Assembly (NCBI RefSeq): GCF_009914755.1
Contig: NC_060926.1
Direction: 5' to 3' (one strand)
Length of the DNA: 64,000 nucleotides
Source: the human T2T-CHM13v2.0 reference genome, Homo sapiens
Shown: piece after piece, positions 24,921 to 39,416 of the stretch
Layout of the letters: each line of letters begins with the position of its first letter
Numbering within the stretch: the first letter of the stretch is position 1
Notes under the pieces: generated by a model
The model's input: only the letters and a program-made list of their open reading frames with translations
What the model was told of the DNA's origin: nothing
The model's database searches: none
Made by a program: the position numbers and the translations under genes

Positions 24921-27639
24921 TACTCCATTCTCTTAAGTATTCCTCAAGGTATCAGAATAGCTGACAGAATTTTCTGGAAATAAAATATACCCATATCTAT
25001 TCATAAATTCTCTTAAGATTTTGAGAGCTGGTCTGGTCTCTAAGGAACTGATTTTAATCTTTGCCATCTCCAAATTAGACAACTTTAGAGAGTAGAGCGA
25101 TAAATAACATCTCTGATGTCTTACAGCATCAAGTGATGTTGGCCAGCATGACAGTTTCTAGTAATAGAAGAACCCATGATTGACTTAGTTCTGCCTCCTC
25201 CACACACTGTTTCTGAAATAGGAAGGACTCCTAGAAGGAAGGAGGCTGTGCAGACAAAGATGGGAGGAGAGGCCAAACATAACTTCCAGATAATTCCTAC
25301 TTAAATGTCAAGTTGACTGCATTTGGAGACTTTTGATTTAATAAAAAAAACACAACTTTTATGCTCTCTAGTTCACTTATCTGGATTCTACTTCATTCAA
25401 TGAGAAAAAGAAGAAATGCAGCAAGTCAAAAACAGCATTGATTTTTTTTTTTCCTGATCTTTTCCATTACTGTCTTAGACATGGGGCAGGGGTGGGGGGA
25501 AATCTTCCGTATGTCACCCTGCAGTCCTATCTCCTTTTTCTAGATGAGGACTTTCCCTTCCTGTCTCTCCAGTCTCTGGACAGATTCTTTCCCTTTCTAC
25601 ACAGCTACATTTCCTGGTAAAACACGAACTGAAGCAGGGGTGAAATTTCAAAGAAGACATGGAACTCAGTCTGGACAATGATTAAACTCAGCTGTAATAA
25701 GCAAGGAACCATGTAAGCCACGGGCAGGCTGCTGATACCAGAGAAACGAGGAGTTGATTAGTATGGTCCCAGGGTTAACAACTAGGGAAAATGAGAAAAA
25801 TGATTAACAACAAGAAAACATGGAGCAGTGCCATTCCCTGCTGGGTCCTGGCAGCCAAGTAGCTGAGGAGTCCTCCCAGATTGGATTCCACTTTTCTTTG
25901 CTCCCTGCATTCAGTCTGTCACCAACTGCCACAGCCAACAACTTCTGACTTTTCTTGGAACACTTTTCTTTTGTATTTCTGCAGTCTCCGGCAAGCTCAA
26001 GCCCTCCCAGCCTTGTAGCTTGATACCTGGCTTTGCGTTGGGTAAAGGTAGTCTCCAGATGGCTCCCACCAAAGAAGCTTTTGCACAGCAACAAGAATTT
26101 GTATTTGCAATTTAGTCTATTTCTAAGCGCTTCCAAAATCAATTTAGAGTCCTGGTCTTGAGCTTTTGGATTTTCTATCATTCCTTGTTTCTGTCACCAA
26201 GCTCCCCTTCAGAACCTTCATCAGTTCACGACTTTGCTCTTTGACCCCCAGTTTCTCTTCTCTTCTGGGCCCCCAACTCAGAGCTGACTGGCTTTACCTG
26301 TGCTATCTGGTACATTCTTAGAGATCAGGTACACTCCCAACCCTGGTTAATATGATTCCATAATAACATTTTAATAACCCCATAAATGCTGTACACACTA
26401 AGTAGACAGTAAGCACTTCAAGAAAGAAAATAATCCACATACTTTATCATTACGGTAAATTAATGGGTATAAGACATTAAACATGACTTATCCAGGCGGG
26501 AGCATGTCTACATAAACCTTAGCTCATCAGCATTCTGGGCCAAGGAGTACAATATTTAGCAAAGAAATTATAATCCCTTCTGCATAATAACAAAATAGCC
26601 ATTGCCTGTGCTCAGTGAGAAAATTAATAGAGGGAATGTTTGGAGTAGAATGGGCTGGTGGCTGTTTTATCAAGCACTCACTCCTTTGTCTGCATCTATT
26701 GAAACTTTACAACATGGCCTAGGAGGCTCCCTCAGTTTGGTTCCTGGCTATCTCTCCAGTCTCCCCCACCAGTTTCTCTACACGCACGCGACACTCAAAC
26801 CAGCTGCCTAGGTTCTAGCACCCTTCTAAGTTGGTCATACAGTCCTTTGTGGCTGGTTTTCCCTTAGATCCCTTTGTCACTTGGTCAATACCTACACAAC
26901 TTTCAAGATTCAACTCAAATGACACTTCTTCAGTAAAGCCTTCTGAACTGCACATCTCCTAGCAGGGGCCAAGTACCCACAACAGGCACTCACGGCAGAC
27001 TTATGGACTGAATGATTATATTTTAGAATCTGTTTGACTTAATTTCTTTCTAGACCTCTTAACTATAAAGGTTACTTTGGCATTTATTCAAAACAAACCT
27101 AAAGCCAAAGTCCTATGCTAAACATATAGCCATGAACTCAGTAGAGTTTCATGTTGGTGTGGGGACTTCTTCATCTCATTACTGTGTACTCTTAACTGGA
27201 AAATGGGACCAAAAAAATCCAACTGTTAACCTGTACTCTAATGTTACTGTGCAGATATAATTCAAATTGTGCAAGAGTTTTATTCCTAAAACATTAAACC
27301 CATGCTTTAAATGCATTGCTGTTGGTCCTTATCAGTTTATGAAAGTCAAAGAAACCCTTTTGTAAAATAAACACTTCCTAATGTAAACTTTTATTTTCAT
27401 ATGTATCTGGCTTATAAATTTAAACTTTGGCAAACCCTCCTTCCTCAAATTAGGATCCACCATCATTGCTTGTCATTCAGAACAGAAATCTGAGTGTGCA
27501 AATTTACAAAAGGTAATATAATAGGATAATTTGCAAGAAGACATAAAACTGAGCAAGGGATTCCTAGTTATTCTCATTCTTCCCTTAAAAATAAGAAAAA
27601 AAAACAAAAAACTTATACAATTAAAGTATTAAAATGCAC

Positions 27640-27830
27640 TATCATCTATTGCATTTAATCTCTACAAAATCACTACAAAGTTGGCAAGGAAATTATTATT
27701 ATAAATATTTCACAGATGGAGAAAGTGGAATCCAAAGACAAGTAAAACAAAGAAAACCCAGGTTGTGTAGCTGCAAAACTAAGATAAAGCCATGCCTAGG
27801 GACTTCCGGTCCTATGGTCTTTTAGAGCTC
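27640..27830 (-). mobile_element. MIR SINE (degraded)
   Basis: CATTTAATCTCTACAAAATCACT..TTTCACAGATGGAGAAAGTG. Confidence 0.6.
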
Positions 27831-28084
27831 TTCTATGGAGGAGGAAGCCAATTCCAGTAATAGACATAACATTTGCAAGTTGACTTGATTTCTGAAATCC
27901 CCACCTCAATGAGTTTGAGTGAGTAAAAGTTTAATCTATTAGTGAAAGATAAATGTTTACTCAGGGAACCTTGGTAAGAATAACATTATCATAAGTCATT
28001 GTAAATAGGTGGTCTTCACTTAAAAAAAAACTCATATAATATATGAAATGGGATATTACTCAGATAATTATCATCCTCAATATA

Positions 28085-28395
28085 AAAAATTTGATATATG
28101 CCAGAAACTGTATCCTTATTTCAACTTTCATGAAAACCTGCAAGGTAAGTAATGGTGTTCATATTTTATAGATGAGAAATTGAGGCTGAAAGAAGTTAAT
28201 AAATTATCCAAGCTGACATGGAAAATGCACCAGTGTCATCTCCCTCATTCTTGGCATTATGCCTGCAATAGTGAATGCTCTTGATAAACATTTCTGAGTG
28301 AATGAATGGCTGAATAAATCAATGAATGAAGTGATAAAGCCATGGTTTGATTCAGGTGTGCCTGCTTCTAAAGTTCATATATTTTTCCCAATGTC
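28085..28395 (-). mobile_element. MIR SINE interrupted by an L2 tail
   Basis: ATTTTATAGATGAGAAATTGAGGCTGAAAGAAGTTAA; internal L2-type TGAATGAAT tail. Confidence 0.7.
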
Positions 28396-29340
28396 GTACC
28401 CTCACTTCGTAAGTAAATGTATTACTGGCTTTCCTCAAAGAGAAAATGTTCCCCTCAAGCATCTAAAATAATAACTAAGTTGCATAGAAGTTTTCAGAAC
28501 ATGATCGGCTATGTAAAGTGAGAAAAGCCTGGATTGTAAAATATACTTCACACGGGTGGCCGTAAGATTACTCAGGTCTGAGTTCCACTACTGTCTCTCA
28601 TCAGCGAGTTGACTTGTCTGGATATGGGTAGAGTTTTAGGCTGGTTGATTTGTGAGTCTCCTTTGGTTCCTCTGACTTCACCACCATTCCCTCTGGCATC
28701 TCTTCCTAACACTCCAAGTTTCTACTTAAAACATTCAAACAAATGCCTCTGGATAAGCTCCGTCTATAGGCATGTGGGTAGGAACCATGAGCAGCTTCAA
28801 GAAGATTGTTATTTCCAATAAGGAGAGGCAGCCAGTGTCAGGTGAATGCAACTCATTTTATCACACAAGGATGAAAAGTGTGTTCACTTGCCATAAATGG
28901 AACAAAGGCAAGAATGAAAAGCTCTTGACAAAATAAAGAATTCCCAAAGGGCAATCAGGAGGTAAGGTAAAACAGAATCCTCTTTGAAAGCAGGAGTTTG
29001 TCTTCCATATCCCTGGGTCCCTTGCTACAGTCAAATTCTCAGGAAGCAAAGGCAAGTTTACAAACAAAGAGAAAGTGGAGAAAAGGAAGTCAGGCCACTG
29101 TAACACGCTCACTGTTGACCTTCGTGTGGTCAGTTCACCCTTCTGCAAGCAGGCCCAGCAGGTAACCCTGCTTCTTCCCTATTTTCACCAAGGCTCTTCA
29201 CATCTATTATTGTAAAGTGCAATGATTCCATAGACTCTTTGACTCCATCTTCTAACCTCACATGTTGTCAGGACATAAAGAACCCAGCATGTTTGGGAAG
29301 GCTCATGTGAGGGTGAAGAAATACCAAAGACCTAGGAGAC

Positions 29341-29631
29341 AGCCAGGCGTGATAGCTCAAGCCTGTAATCTCAGGACTTTGGGAAGCTGAGGCGGGCGGA
29401 TCATTTGAGGTCAGGAGTTCAAGACCACCTGACCAATATGATGAAACCCTGTCTCTACTAAAAATACAAAAATTAGCCAGGCATGGTGGCACGCACCTGT
29501 AATCCCAGCTACTCCAGAGGCTGAGACAGGAGAATCTCTTCAACCCAGGAGGTGGAGGTTGCAGCGAGCTGAGATGCATCATTGCACTCCAGCATGGGCA
29601 ACCAGAGGAAAACTCCAGCTCAAAAAACAAA
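29341..29631 (+). mobile_element. AluS (Sz/Sq-like), full length
   Basis: Dimeric Alu with a short tail; TSD AAAGA(C/G)CTAGGAGACA. Confidence 0.96.
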
Positions 29632-31849
29632 AGAGCTAGGAGACACACAGGAATACAGGGCATGGGTAGGAAGTCAAGAAAAAAGATATTCTTGTAGAAC
29701 ACCAGCCAAATAGAAGACATGCCACAGACAGCAGGTCATGAGCAGATAAAGTCGTAGCTCAAAACTGCACTCCCTGGGCCTTTTTGGCCTAACACTCTGT
29801 TCTGCAAAACCACTGCACCATCTAACAGCCCGAAAGCACAACCTATTCCATCATCATCATGAATTGGGTTTTCTCCAGATAGAAGAAAACAGCAATGCAA
29901 TCTGGTGTTTGCACAGAAAACACAGCAGCAGAAAAAGCAGGAGGTACACACCAGAACACCTGCTCAGAGACATTGCCTCAGAAACAGTCAAGCACTCACG
30001 GGACGGAAACATCTGTGTGCAGCTCCACATGCCAGGAGCCTTGAATTATAGGATGGGGGAACCTAGAGAGAGGCAGGGAGTCAGAAATCAAATGATTTGG
30101 ATAATGTGGGAGGAGGTGCTGAGAAGAAATACACAGAGGTCAGGGAAGGTAGGGAAGGGTCTCTGGACACAATGTTTTGGTATCCTTTCAGCACAAAGGA
30201 TGAATGTGGCTCTTCTGGAAAAAGAATCAACACTCTGTGCTCTATGACACAATTCAAAGAGCACAAAGACCAAGTTTGCTGCTGAATGGTTAGATGACTT
30301 GTCCCAAGTCACAGCTTGTTAAAGTAGGAGCTAAGGAAGATCCAGGTCTCTCTGATCAGCGACTCTGCTGGTTCCTCTACCCAACACTTGAGCCCCTGGC
30401 AGCATTTACAGTAACAATAAGTCTCTTCTACCTGAAAAGTTCTTCTCCTTTGGCTTCTACAACTCCTCTCTTTTAATGTTCTCCTATTCCTCTTACCAGT
30501 TCTCCCCAGCATCCTTCTCCTACTTATCTCTAACACATTCTCCATGCCTCTGTTGTACCCCACATGAACATTAGCAAGAGAGTTAATATTTTCCCTAGAT
30601 GATGTACCTCCTTCTATCTGCTTACACCTATATGCTGATAAATCCTAAACTTCTGAAGTAAATAAAACCCTTTCCTTAGCCCTACATTGTTATGACTAAC
30701 ACTAGTTTTCACATCTTCACAGGCACCCGCATCAATATTTGCCAAACTAAGCTCACACATAACTTGACCAGCCAAAGTGGATTGCCCAACCCACATTTCC
30801 AGAGGCCGCCTCCTCTGATTTCACTCCAAACCACATGGGATATGTCTTTGAGCTCCCATGATCTCCAAGGCATAATTTTGATGAAGTTCTTACCAAAGAA
30901 CATTTTAATTGTTTGTTTACTACTCTCTCCAATGGACTGTGAGCTGCTCAAGGATTAAAAATGTCTATTTATATAATTGTAAATATAGGTAGGTAGTAAA
31001 TATTTCTTGAAGGAATAAATGCAGAGCCTAATTTAATTAGAGGTACCACTTTAGCAGGTTACACAAGCCAGACATCATTCTCAATGCTTCTTTTCTCTCA
31101 CTCTCAATTCTGATTAGTTGCCAAGCTGTATACTTACCTCCCATATAACAGTTGAACATTTTTTACATTTCCATTTTTAACCAGGTTTCTCCTCTCCTGC
31201 TTCAACCCTGGAAGATGCAAAGTCAGTTAGTGAGTGGAGAATGGATTAAAAACCTTCAGAGGTGAATACAGAAGAAGCCAATTAAACCTCTCTGTCCACG
31301 CAGGCCATTGTCCCAAAAAAGCTCTAAAGCAAGGGAAAAAAACATTAATTTAAAATATGCTTGTAGTTTTATCAATGAGAGTGATCTTTCTAATTATTGA
31401 ACTAAAAGTGTTTAGGGAACTAGAGTGACCATAGGATGTTTAATTCCCAAACAATGACCAGAGAAGCCATGGAAGCTTCTTTATATTTTATCTAAAAAGA
31501 AGGGAAAAAGCTACCCCAGAGACTGAATTTGAAGAAACACAGAAACTAAAATAAAGTTACTATGTGATTACACTCTGTAAGTCCTGATTCTCCACAACAT
31601 TTACCAAATTTGAATGAAACTATTAAGAGTTTGGTTAAGCAACAGTTAAAAAGTTAGCATAATTCCATGGTTTATAGGCATTCACTTAAAATAATTTTGA
31701 TTTGGCAGCTTTCCAGTTATGAAGCCAATATTCCCCTCCCCCTGCCCATGTCCCAACAATCTGTGGGCCCTTTAAAGCTTATGGGTCCTAGGCATTGCGC
31801 CTGCAAAGCCTAAACAATAAAGCTGCATTGACTCATTGCATTCACTCAA

Positions 31850-32420
31850 CCAAACACACTTTGCAAAATGTAAATCTGATCACGCCCTACCTCTATTTAA
31901 AATCCTTCCATTAATCCTAATCACCTACAGGAGAAAATCCCAATATTCCTAAATGGGCAAGCATGACATTCACAGCCCGGCCCTACCCCCTCTCCAGCTG
32001 CATCTCTTTCCACTACCTGCCACCATGTACCATCATTGCTGGAATATATGCAAATGCAAGCACCATAGTGCTTTCCACCTTCACTGCTTTGCAAGTGTCT
32101 TTACATTACCTGGAATACTCTTTCCTGTCTCTTGTATCAAGCTAAATGCTATACTGTTTTTAAGACTTTCTGAGGAAATCACCAACTTCTAAAACCTTCT
32201 TGAATCCCCTTTCCCAGCCCTCATGATAATTTACCAGTCATTGCCCTATTATTGCTTTTATTATATCCTACTACTGAAATATTTGTTATATGTCTGCCTT
32301 CAAATGTAGACTGGGAGCTTCTTGAAGGTAGGGAAAACATTTTACTCAAATTTGTTTCTCAAGCATTTAACCTAAAACTTGGACATGTATTCAATACTGA
32401 ATAGACTTTTGTTGAATAAA
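31850..32420 (+). mobile_element. L2 LINE 3' fragment
   Basis: AAAATGTAAATCTGATCA..TAGACTGGGAGCTTCTTGAAGGTAGG..TTTTGTTGAATAAA. Confidence 0.75.
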
Positions 32421-32959
32421 AAAAGAATACAGTTGCCTATATCAGTAACGTAAATTTTAATGATATCTGTGCAGTAAAGAATATAATATTAAAAGAAGGC
32501 TTAGGCCAAATTACACAAAAAGACTTTAAGAGAAGTTCAAATGTGTGATTATGTAAACCACTTTAAACCCCAGAGAATGTGAGGAAGATATAGAAAATTA
32601 TAGAAGAGAAAATATTATTCCAGGTTAAAAAAAAAAGGGCGTTTGATTCTGTAATCTAGAGATGGGTTCTTTTGACATCGACTTCTGGCAAGTTTCCATA
32701 AAATATTATTGAATCAATTATGTGTGATTTCATAGGCTCTGTAGAGTAAACAACAATTACCAGGAGCCAGTACTTCATTCCAAAAAAAAATTATGTCTAA
32801 AATCACTACTTATTTTTGCTTTCTTAAAGTTACTAGTCCAATAATTCAATGAGGTAGCTATAAATGAAAACTTGTCAAAACACTTATTTGGATCATTAAA
32901 ATACCTTTTTAAGCAAGAAAATATGTGGAAATATGAGTTAATTCAAGTATTATTCCCTA

Positions 32960-34070
32960 AGAAAACCTCCTCCTCTCTACCCATGCCATAAATACAACCC
33001 TCAGAAACAAGCAACAGCAGCCTACCACCAGGAAGGGACAGAAGGAGGCATGAGACTTCCTCTGGGACAGGTACATAATAAAGCTCATGGTGGAGCTGGA
33101 ACACTGAGAAAAAGCTTTCAGCACCATTCCTTACCCAAAGCACAAGATAAAAGCAGTTCACTATTAGAGAGCTTTGAAGGCTTGTAATACACTAGAAGTA
33201 ATCATTTTAACAACTACAAAAAAAAAAAATCCAGCTGAAATATTTACCAGGCTGATTAAATTTTCTAAATAATGGCCTAACAGAGATGTACCCACTTCTT
33301 TTTGTAAATAATATTTACTTCAGTCTCTTCTGTTCTTCAGCGTACCATCACTAACATTCAACAAAAAAATTATGAGACAAACAGAAAATATAGAAAATAA
33401 CCCATTGTCAAGAGATAAAGTAGTCAGTGTAACCAGACTCAGAGATGACTGGAACTATCAAACAAGAAAATTAAAATAACTACAATTGATATCTTAAAGG
33501 ATCTAGAGGAGTAGTCAGCAAACAGTGGCCTATGGGCCAAATCCAGATTACTGCTTGTTTTCATAAGTAAAGTTTTATTGAACACAGCCATACCCATTTA
33601 TTTCTGATTACTTATGGATATCTTTGCACCATAATGGCAGAGTTAACAGTTATGAGGCCATAGTAGTGCCACTAAAGCCTAAAATATTTACTATCTTGCC
33701 CTTTACAAAAATAAACTTTACTAACCTCTTGTCTAATGGAAATGTTTGACAATTTGCATAAACAAATACAGACTCTCAATAGAGAGATGAAAACTATAAA
33801 TTAAAAAATCATGTCAAATGAGTTCCTTCAACAGGCTCATCAGAATGAAAACAGCATAGGAATAAATTAATGAGCTTGAAAATATGTCAACATCAATAGA
33901 AATTATCCAAAGTGAAACACAGAAAGATAAAAAAACAGAGAAAGAAAAACAAAACCTAAGAGCAGTGGTGACAACATCAAATGGTCAACAAAAATGTAAT
34001 TGGAGCCCCCAATGAAGACGGAACAGAGCAGAGGAAACATCTGAAGTAAAAATGAAAAAGAATTTAGCAA
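32960..34070 (+). mobile_element. Old L1M 5'/ORF1-region remnant
   Basis: AACCAGACTCAGAGATGAC..GGAACTATCA..; TGAGCTTGAAAAT..AATAGAAATTATCCAA..; AATTGGAG.CCC. Confidence 0.7.
33509..33730 (+). mobile_element. MER58A hAT-Charlie MITE
   Basis: GTCAGCAAAC..GGGCCAAATCC..TAAAGTTTTATTGAACACAGCCA..AAAGCCTAAAATATTTACTATCT; flanks ATCTAGAG/GTCTAATG resemble an 8-bp hAT TSD. Confidence 0.9.
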
Positions 34071-35049
34071 GTACTGTCACTTTCACCTTTAGTTGGTTAA
34101 ATAATCATACCATTTAGCCTGGGAGTGGGCTAATTAATGGTATGCCATAACTTGGACAGAAGTCTAGTATACAACAGAATTCTGACTTGCATCCTGTTCT
34201 GTATACATTTTGATATTTGTATCTGATGATTTGTATGAAAATATGGGTTTACTAATCAATTTTTTGATAACATTGATCTAAGACATAGAACAAATCACAG
34301 TGAGTGAAAGAATTAGAATCAGTGGTGTCTAGATAGGCTTGCTAGTGTAATGGGCCAACATACAAATATAATCACAGCATTTAAATATAATGTATAAGCA
34401 TGAAAAAGAGGATGCATAAGATTCAGCTTAATTACATTATGTATCCAAGATATAGTGGATTTACATAAAAATGAGTCCAATACAAACAAATTTCTGTGTT
34501 TAATGTGATTCCCAAATAAGTAAACATATGCTCAAATGATATTCACAGAGGCACAGAATTTAAGGCAACCATCATAAGATTCTGTTTATAGTCTGTGATT
34601 TGACTATTAAAATTGGTGGGCCATTTGACAACCACATTCTTCAAAGGCAAATATATTATGTTGAAACCATGTCAATGGAGCAAGAAATATTTAACTTGGA
34701 GAAAAGAAAATCAGTAAAGCCAAGACATTGAACAATCCTCGTAAGTAGAAGAGGAATTAAGTTTATTTTGCATGGCTTCTGGAGATAGAATTAAAACATA
34801 AATAGAAATTCTAAAAAGTCAAATTCTGACTCAATGTATTTGGAAACTTTCTAACAACAGAGGCTGTTCATAAATGGGAATAAGCTGCCTTATCAGGAAA
34901 TGTCCCCATCACTATAGATGTCCACATAAAGACTGTATGTTACAGAGAAGCCTCAAGCATAGGATTGGTGGTTGTGTTCCTGGCTTTCCTATCCGGACAT
35001 TCTGCATTTCTGTAATTGTGGAAAGAGGAGGCTCTATGGAGAAGAGACA

Positions 35050-35800
35050 AGGATAAGGAAAATTATTATGGGACCAGTCACTAAAATAGGATTACTGGGC
35101 TTAGGGGAAAACATCTCACATTTCATTTTGGTCATGTTGAGTTTGAGTGCCTGTCAGATAGCCTAATGGAAAGGTTATGTTGGCAATTAATTATATTTGG
35201 GGTTCAAAGTAAAGGTCTGAGCTAAAGTTAAGTTTAGGTGCATTCATTTCATAGATTAATACTGCCTGACTGAAACATATGAAACTAGTTTTAATAATTT
35301 ATTTTATTTAACCCAATGTATTCAAAATATCATTTTAGTATATGGTCAATATAAAAATTATTGAGATACTTACATTCTTTTTTGTTTTTGTTTGCAATAA
35401 GTCTTCAAACTTTACAGTGTTTTATCCATATAGCAGTATAGTTTAGATACCCACTTTCCAAGTGCTTACTAGCCACATTTAGCTAGTGGTTACCATATTG
35501 GACAATGCAGGTATAGGTGATCATTGAATTTGTTAAAAAAAGATATAGAAAAGAAAATTTAGGATTAAACTTTGAGAAAGCCCAATTAAAGAAACTAAGA
35601 TACAGCCAACACTGAGGAAAAACCTAGGAAAGTGTATTGTTCAGAGAGTCAAGAGAAGACAATGAGAATGTATGTGCTCAATTACATTAAATCCTGCTGA
35701 AAGTTCTGTCAGATTTAAATATCTGTTACATTTAGTGATGTAGAAAAATCAGCGCCATTAGCAGGACAGAAGCCATATGACAGTGGATTGAGAAGTGAAT
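35050..35800 (-). mobile_element. L2 fragment (interrupted by MER33)
   Basis: TTCATTTTGGTCATGTTGAGTTTGAG.GCCTG and AAATCCTGCTGAAAG motifs. Confidence 0.6.
35283..35510 (+). mobile_element. MER33 hAT-Charlie element (partial)
   Basis: TTTTATTTAACCCAAT..AAGTGCT..TAGCCACAT..GCTAGTGGTTACCATATTGGACA. Confidence 0.85.
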
Positions 35801-38739
35801 GTTCAAACGTCACTGTTCTCAGTTTGAGGAGTAATGTGCTCAGACTTTGTGGTTCTCTGCCCATTCTGCCATGGGCTTTGGATCTCTATTGGATAATCCA
35901 TTAAAGAAAAAAGAACAATTGGCAGGCTGCAGGGTGCCTTCTCAGGAGACTCCTGTGAAAGGCACAGAAATGAAGCAGCTGCAATGCCTCCTTTCTATGC
36001 CCATCAGACTCTTTTGTAGTGGATTCTTTCAGAAGATATATGCTTTCTTCCTATTCTTTAGTCACAATCTGGGATAAAAATTGTTCAAAGCATAAAATAA
36101 GGCATTTTATTCCTTAAAAGAAGGATTCCCTGGACATAATTGGGCAGGGAGGGGATGAGGGAGCATCTTCATGCACAAAGCCATACATGGTGACTCTTTC
36201 AGAACTAACCGGTAAGCATAGGTGAATGGATGACTTTATGGTGACCGCAAAGGAAGAAAGCTATATGTAGTATATACATGATCTGATCTCAGCTCCATTC
36301 AGAAAAATTTTCTCTCAGTTAAAATAAATTCTAAGCCCCACCTGTAAGGCACAATTATATAAATAACATACGCACATTTTGCCAACCACAGCAAGAGCAT
36401 GGTTATGTTACCTAATCCCCTCGCTTAGGAGACCATCTCTGAGAGGCTTTCTCATGCCATCTGCAGAGCTGCCTGCATTGAGTGGAAGGCCCATTACCAT
36501 GACCATTACTGGCAAGGACATCCCCTGGAATAGAAATGGGATGAAAGAGAGTAAGAATTTCAGAAACAACCTGTCTTGGGCCCGAATGCAGTTTTGGTCC
36601 TGAAGTCTTACTTAAACTCTCTGAACAAAACTTAATGGTCAGGCCCATGGGTTCACATGAAGACCACATCATGATTCTATTATATGGCCTATTTGCCTTC
36701 CGCTGACACGTGGCAAGTCTCGTTCAGTTACTTGTTTATCACGGTGCAAAAAAAAAAAAAAAAAAGTCCTGAGTTCTAGCTCTGTGTTATATTGAACCAA
36801 ACCAGACCCCTTCCTGGGCCTGTTATCTCATCCTTTCTAGCTGGCTGTGATCTGATCCTATCACCATCAATCCAGAGTTCTCAGATTTTTTTAACCACCC
36901 GTGGCCCCTAGGAGGTCTGTTCTCTTAAAAGCGATTTTCTCTTGCCAGCTCACTCAGAGGATTCATGATGACTATGGTTGACATAGGAATGATTCATCTA
37001 TCATAAAGGTGGCTGCATGAGATCAAAAATACTCCAAGGAGAGCCAGAAGTGGGGGAAAGTGAGATTCAAAACCAAGAGACAGATCTGCACCGAAGCGGA
37101 TGACAGCTTAATGAGAGGGGGAGATAATACTCCTGCATTTTCTATAACTCGTGTGTGCTTTTATGCCTCTCTGAAAGGCAAAAGTGCAGATTCACTGTCA
37201 AATATGTCTCCCGTGGTCCATCTCATGCCCACTCGAGATACTTCCTCCACAAAAATAGAAGGTAACAGATAGGCTGCCAGGAAGCATAGGTCAGGATAGC
37301 CCGGAGTGATTCCAGACACCATGCCCTGGATATCCATTGCTGGCTGCTTGTTTGTGATAATTCACTTGTCATTTACAAAAAGGGCCGGAGACCATGTTGA
37401 AAACATGTAGTTCTTTACATGGATTGTTTGATACTTTAACTTACCATTTTTATTCTTGAGATGGAATATTTTTATTATAATGTAAGCCAACCACCACTAC
37501 TTTAACAGCCATTTTCTTCTATCCTCTCCCTAATGAACTTAACAATAGCCTACACCCAAATTCCAACCCCAGACTGAGTCCTGAAACTCCATTGTAAATG
37601 GAACATCTTACCAATGTGAGACCAAGACCCCTATTCCAGCCATAGATAGCCCAATCCTAGTCATAAGCAGAACCCTAATTCAGGCCACAGACAGCCCTGT
37701 GTGTGGCCAGAGATTGGCCACCATTAACCAGAGCCAGGGGCCTCAAAATGACCCCAGAAGTGATTAGATGAAAGAGAGGCCACTCCCACAAGGGAGCCAC
37801 AAGTCAATGTGCATGTCTTTGTAGGAATGGGTCAGAGACATTTTTATTATGAAATATGATACATTCGTTTTATAGTTTCCTAGCAACAGGATGCCAATCA
37901 ACCAGCTGTAATTCACGGATTCATTTTCTTTGTTATGAAGGAGCTGGCAGCGGGAGGTAGGAGGACCTCCTAGCACATGGTAGAACTGACAGTGTGTGGC
38001 TCGAGGATGAGGAGACCAAGCCTGCAGAAGGAAGTACCTCGGAGAGTGTGCCTTTCTTCCTTCAAACTCTTTGAAGCAGGGATTCATCCTACTGCTGTTG
38101 CTGCTGTCATTGCTACTGCTGGCTTCTTGCTCCCACAGTAATTACTAGAGTTGATGGGTACAATTTTAAATCATATGGCATGTTTTTGAATCACACACAG
38201 TGCTTGCTCCATGCTCAAAACATTGGCAGTAGAACACAAATCAGGACAGAGATAATAAACCTTCTCAGGCTACTTCCCCTAGTATCTTGGCTGAGCTTTG
38301 AAAAAGCTGTACTCGCTAACCAAGTCAGGTGGTTAGGTCTCTGAGACGTTATCCTGTGGCTCGTTCCCACTCTTTTGAGCACCTGCAAATTTATTACATA
38401 AGATATTATTTTGTACTCAATCTAATTAGTTAGAACAATTTGTAGTCATTTGAAATACACTCCATGTTGATTAAAATAATTAGTGTAGGGCTACTAAATA
38501 TTTACCTAAGATATGAATCCAGAGGGAATTTGATAAATTTAATTAGCAAGAACTAATTATTGTTATGATAGGAGTTAGGGTTTAATAAATATAATTACAG
38601 AGCACAAATGACGGTTTCTTAATTAATAGATACTAGTTGCAAACACAAGAGCCATTATCATATTTTCATGCAGGACATGCTATTCAGCACACCTTCCAGA
38701 CATCAACTATAACAGCCACGGTGACTTACCATAAGAGGA

Positions 38740-39296
<557 letters not shown>

Positions 39297-39416
39297 ATTT
39301 TTAAAGGGTTTTTCCATGTTGCTAAGGATGTTCTGGAACTCCTGAGCTCAAGAGATCAGCCACCACTTGGCCTCCCAAAGTACTGGGATTACAGGTGTGA
39401 GCCACCGCGCCTGGCC
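39297..39416 (-). mobile_element. FLAM / free left Alu monomer
   Basis: Single left monomer only; TSD TTAACCACTA/TTAACCATTA. Confidence 0.88.

Larger units (their letters stand above)
32495..34960 (+). mobile_element. CR1/L3 LINE remnant split by an L1M insertion (pieces ~32495-32935 and ~34080-34960)
   Basis: The left piece follows the CR1 ORF2 pattern around IFKKG..NYRPVSLTSIPGK (TTATTCCAGGTTAAAAAAAAAAGGG..TTGACATCGACTTCTGGCAAG). The right piece has TTTAACTTGGAGAAAAGAA and GAAACTTTCTAACAAC, typical of the L3 3' region. Confidence 0.55.

Noticed and set aside
33117-33135. REST/RE1 half-site TTCAGCACC
   Set aside because: The right half GGACAG is absent, and it lies within an L1 remnant.
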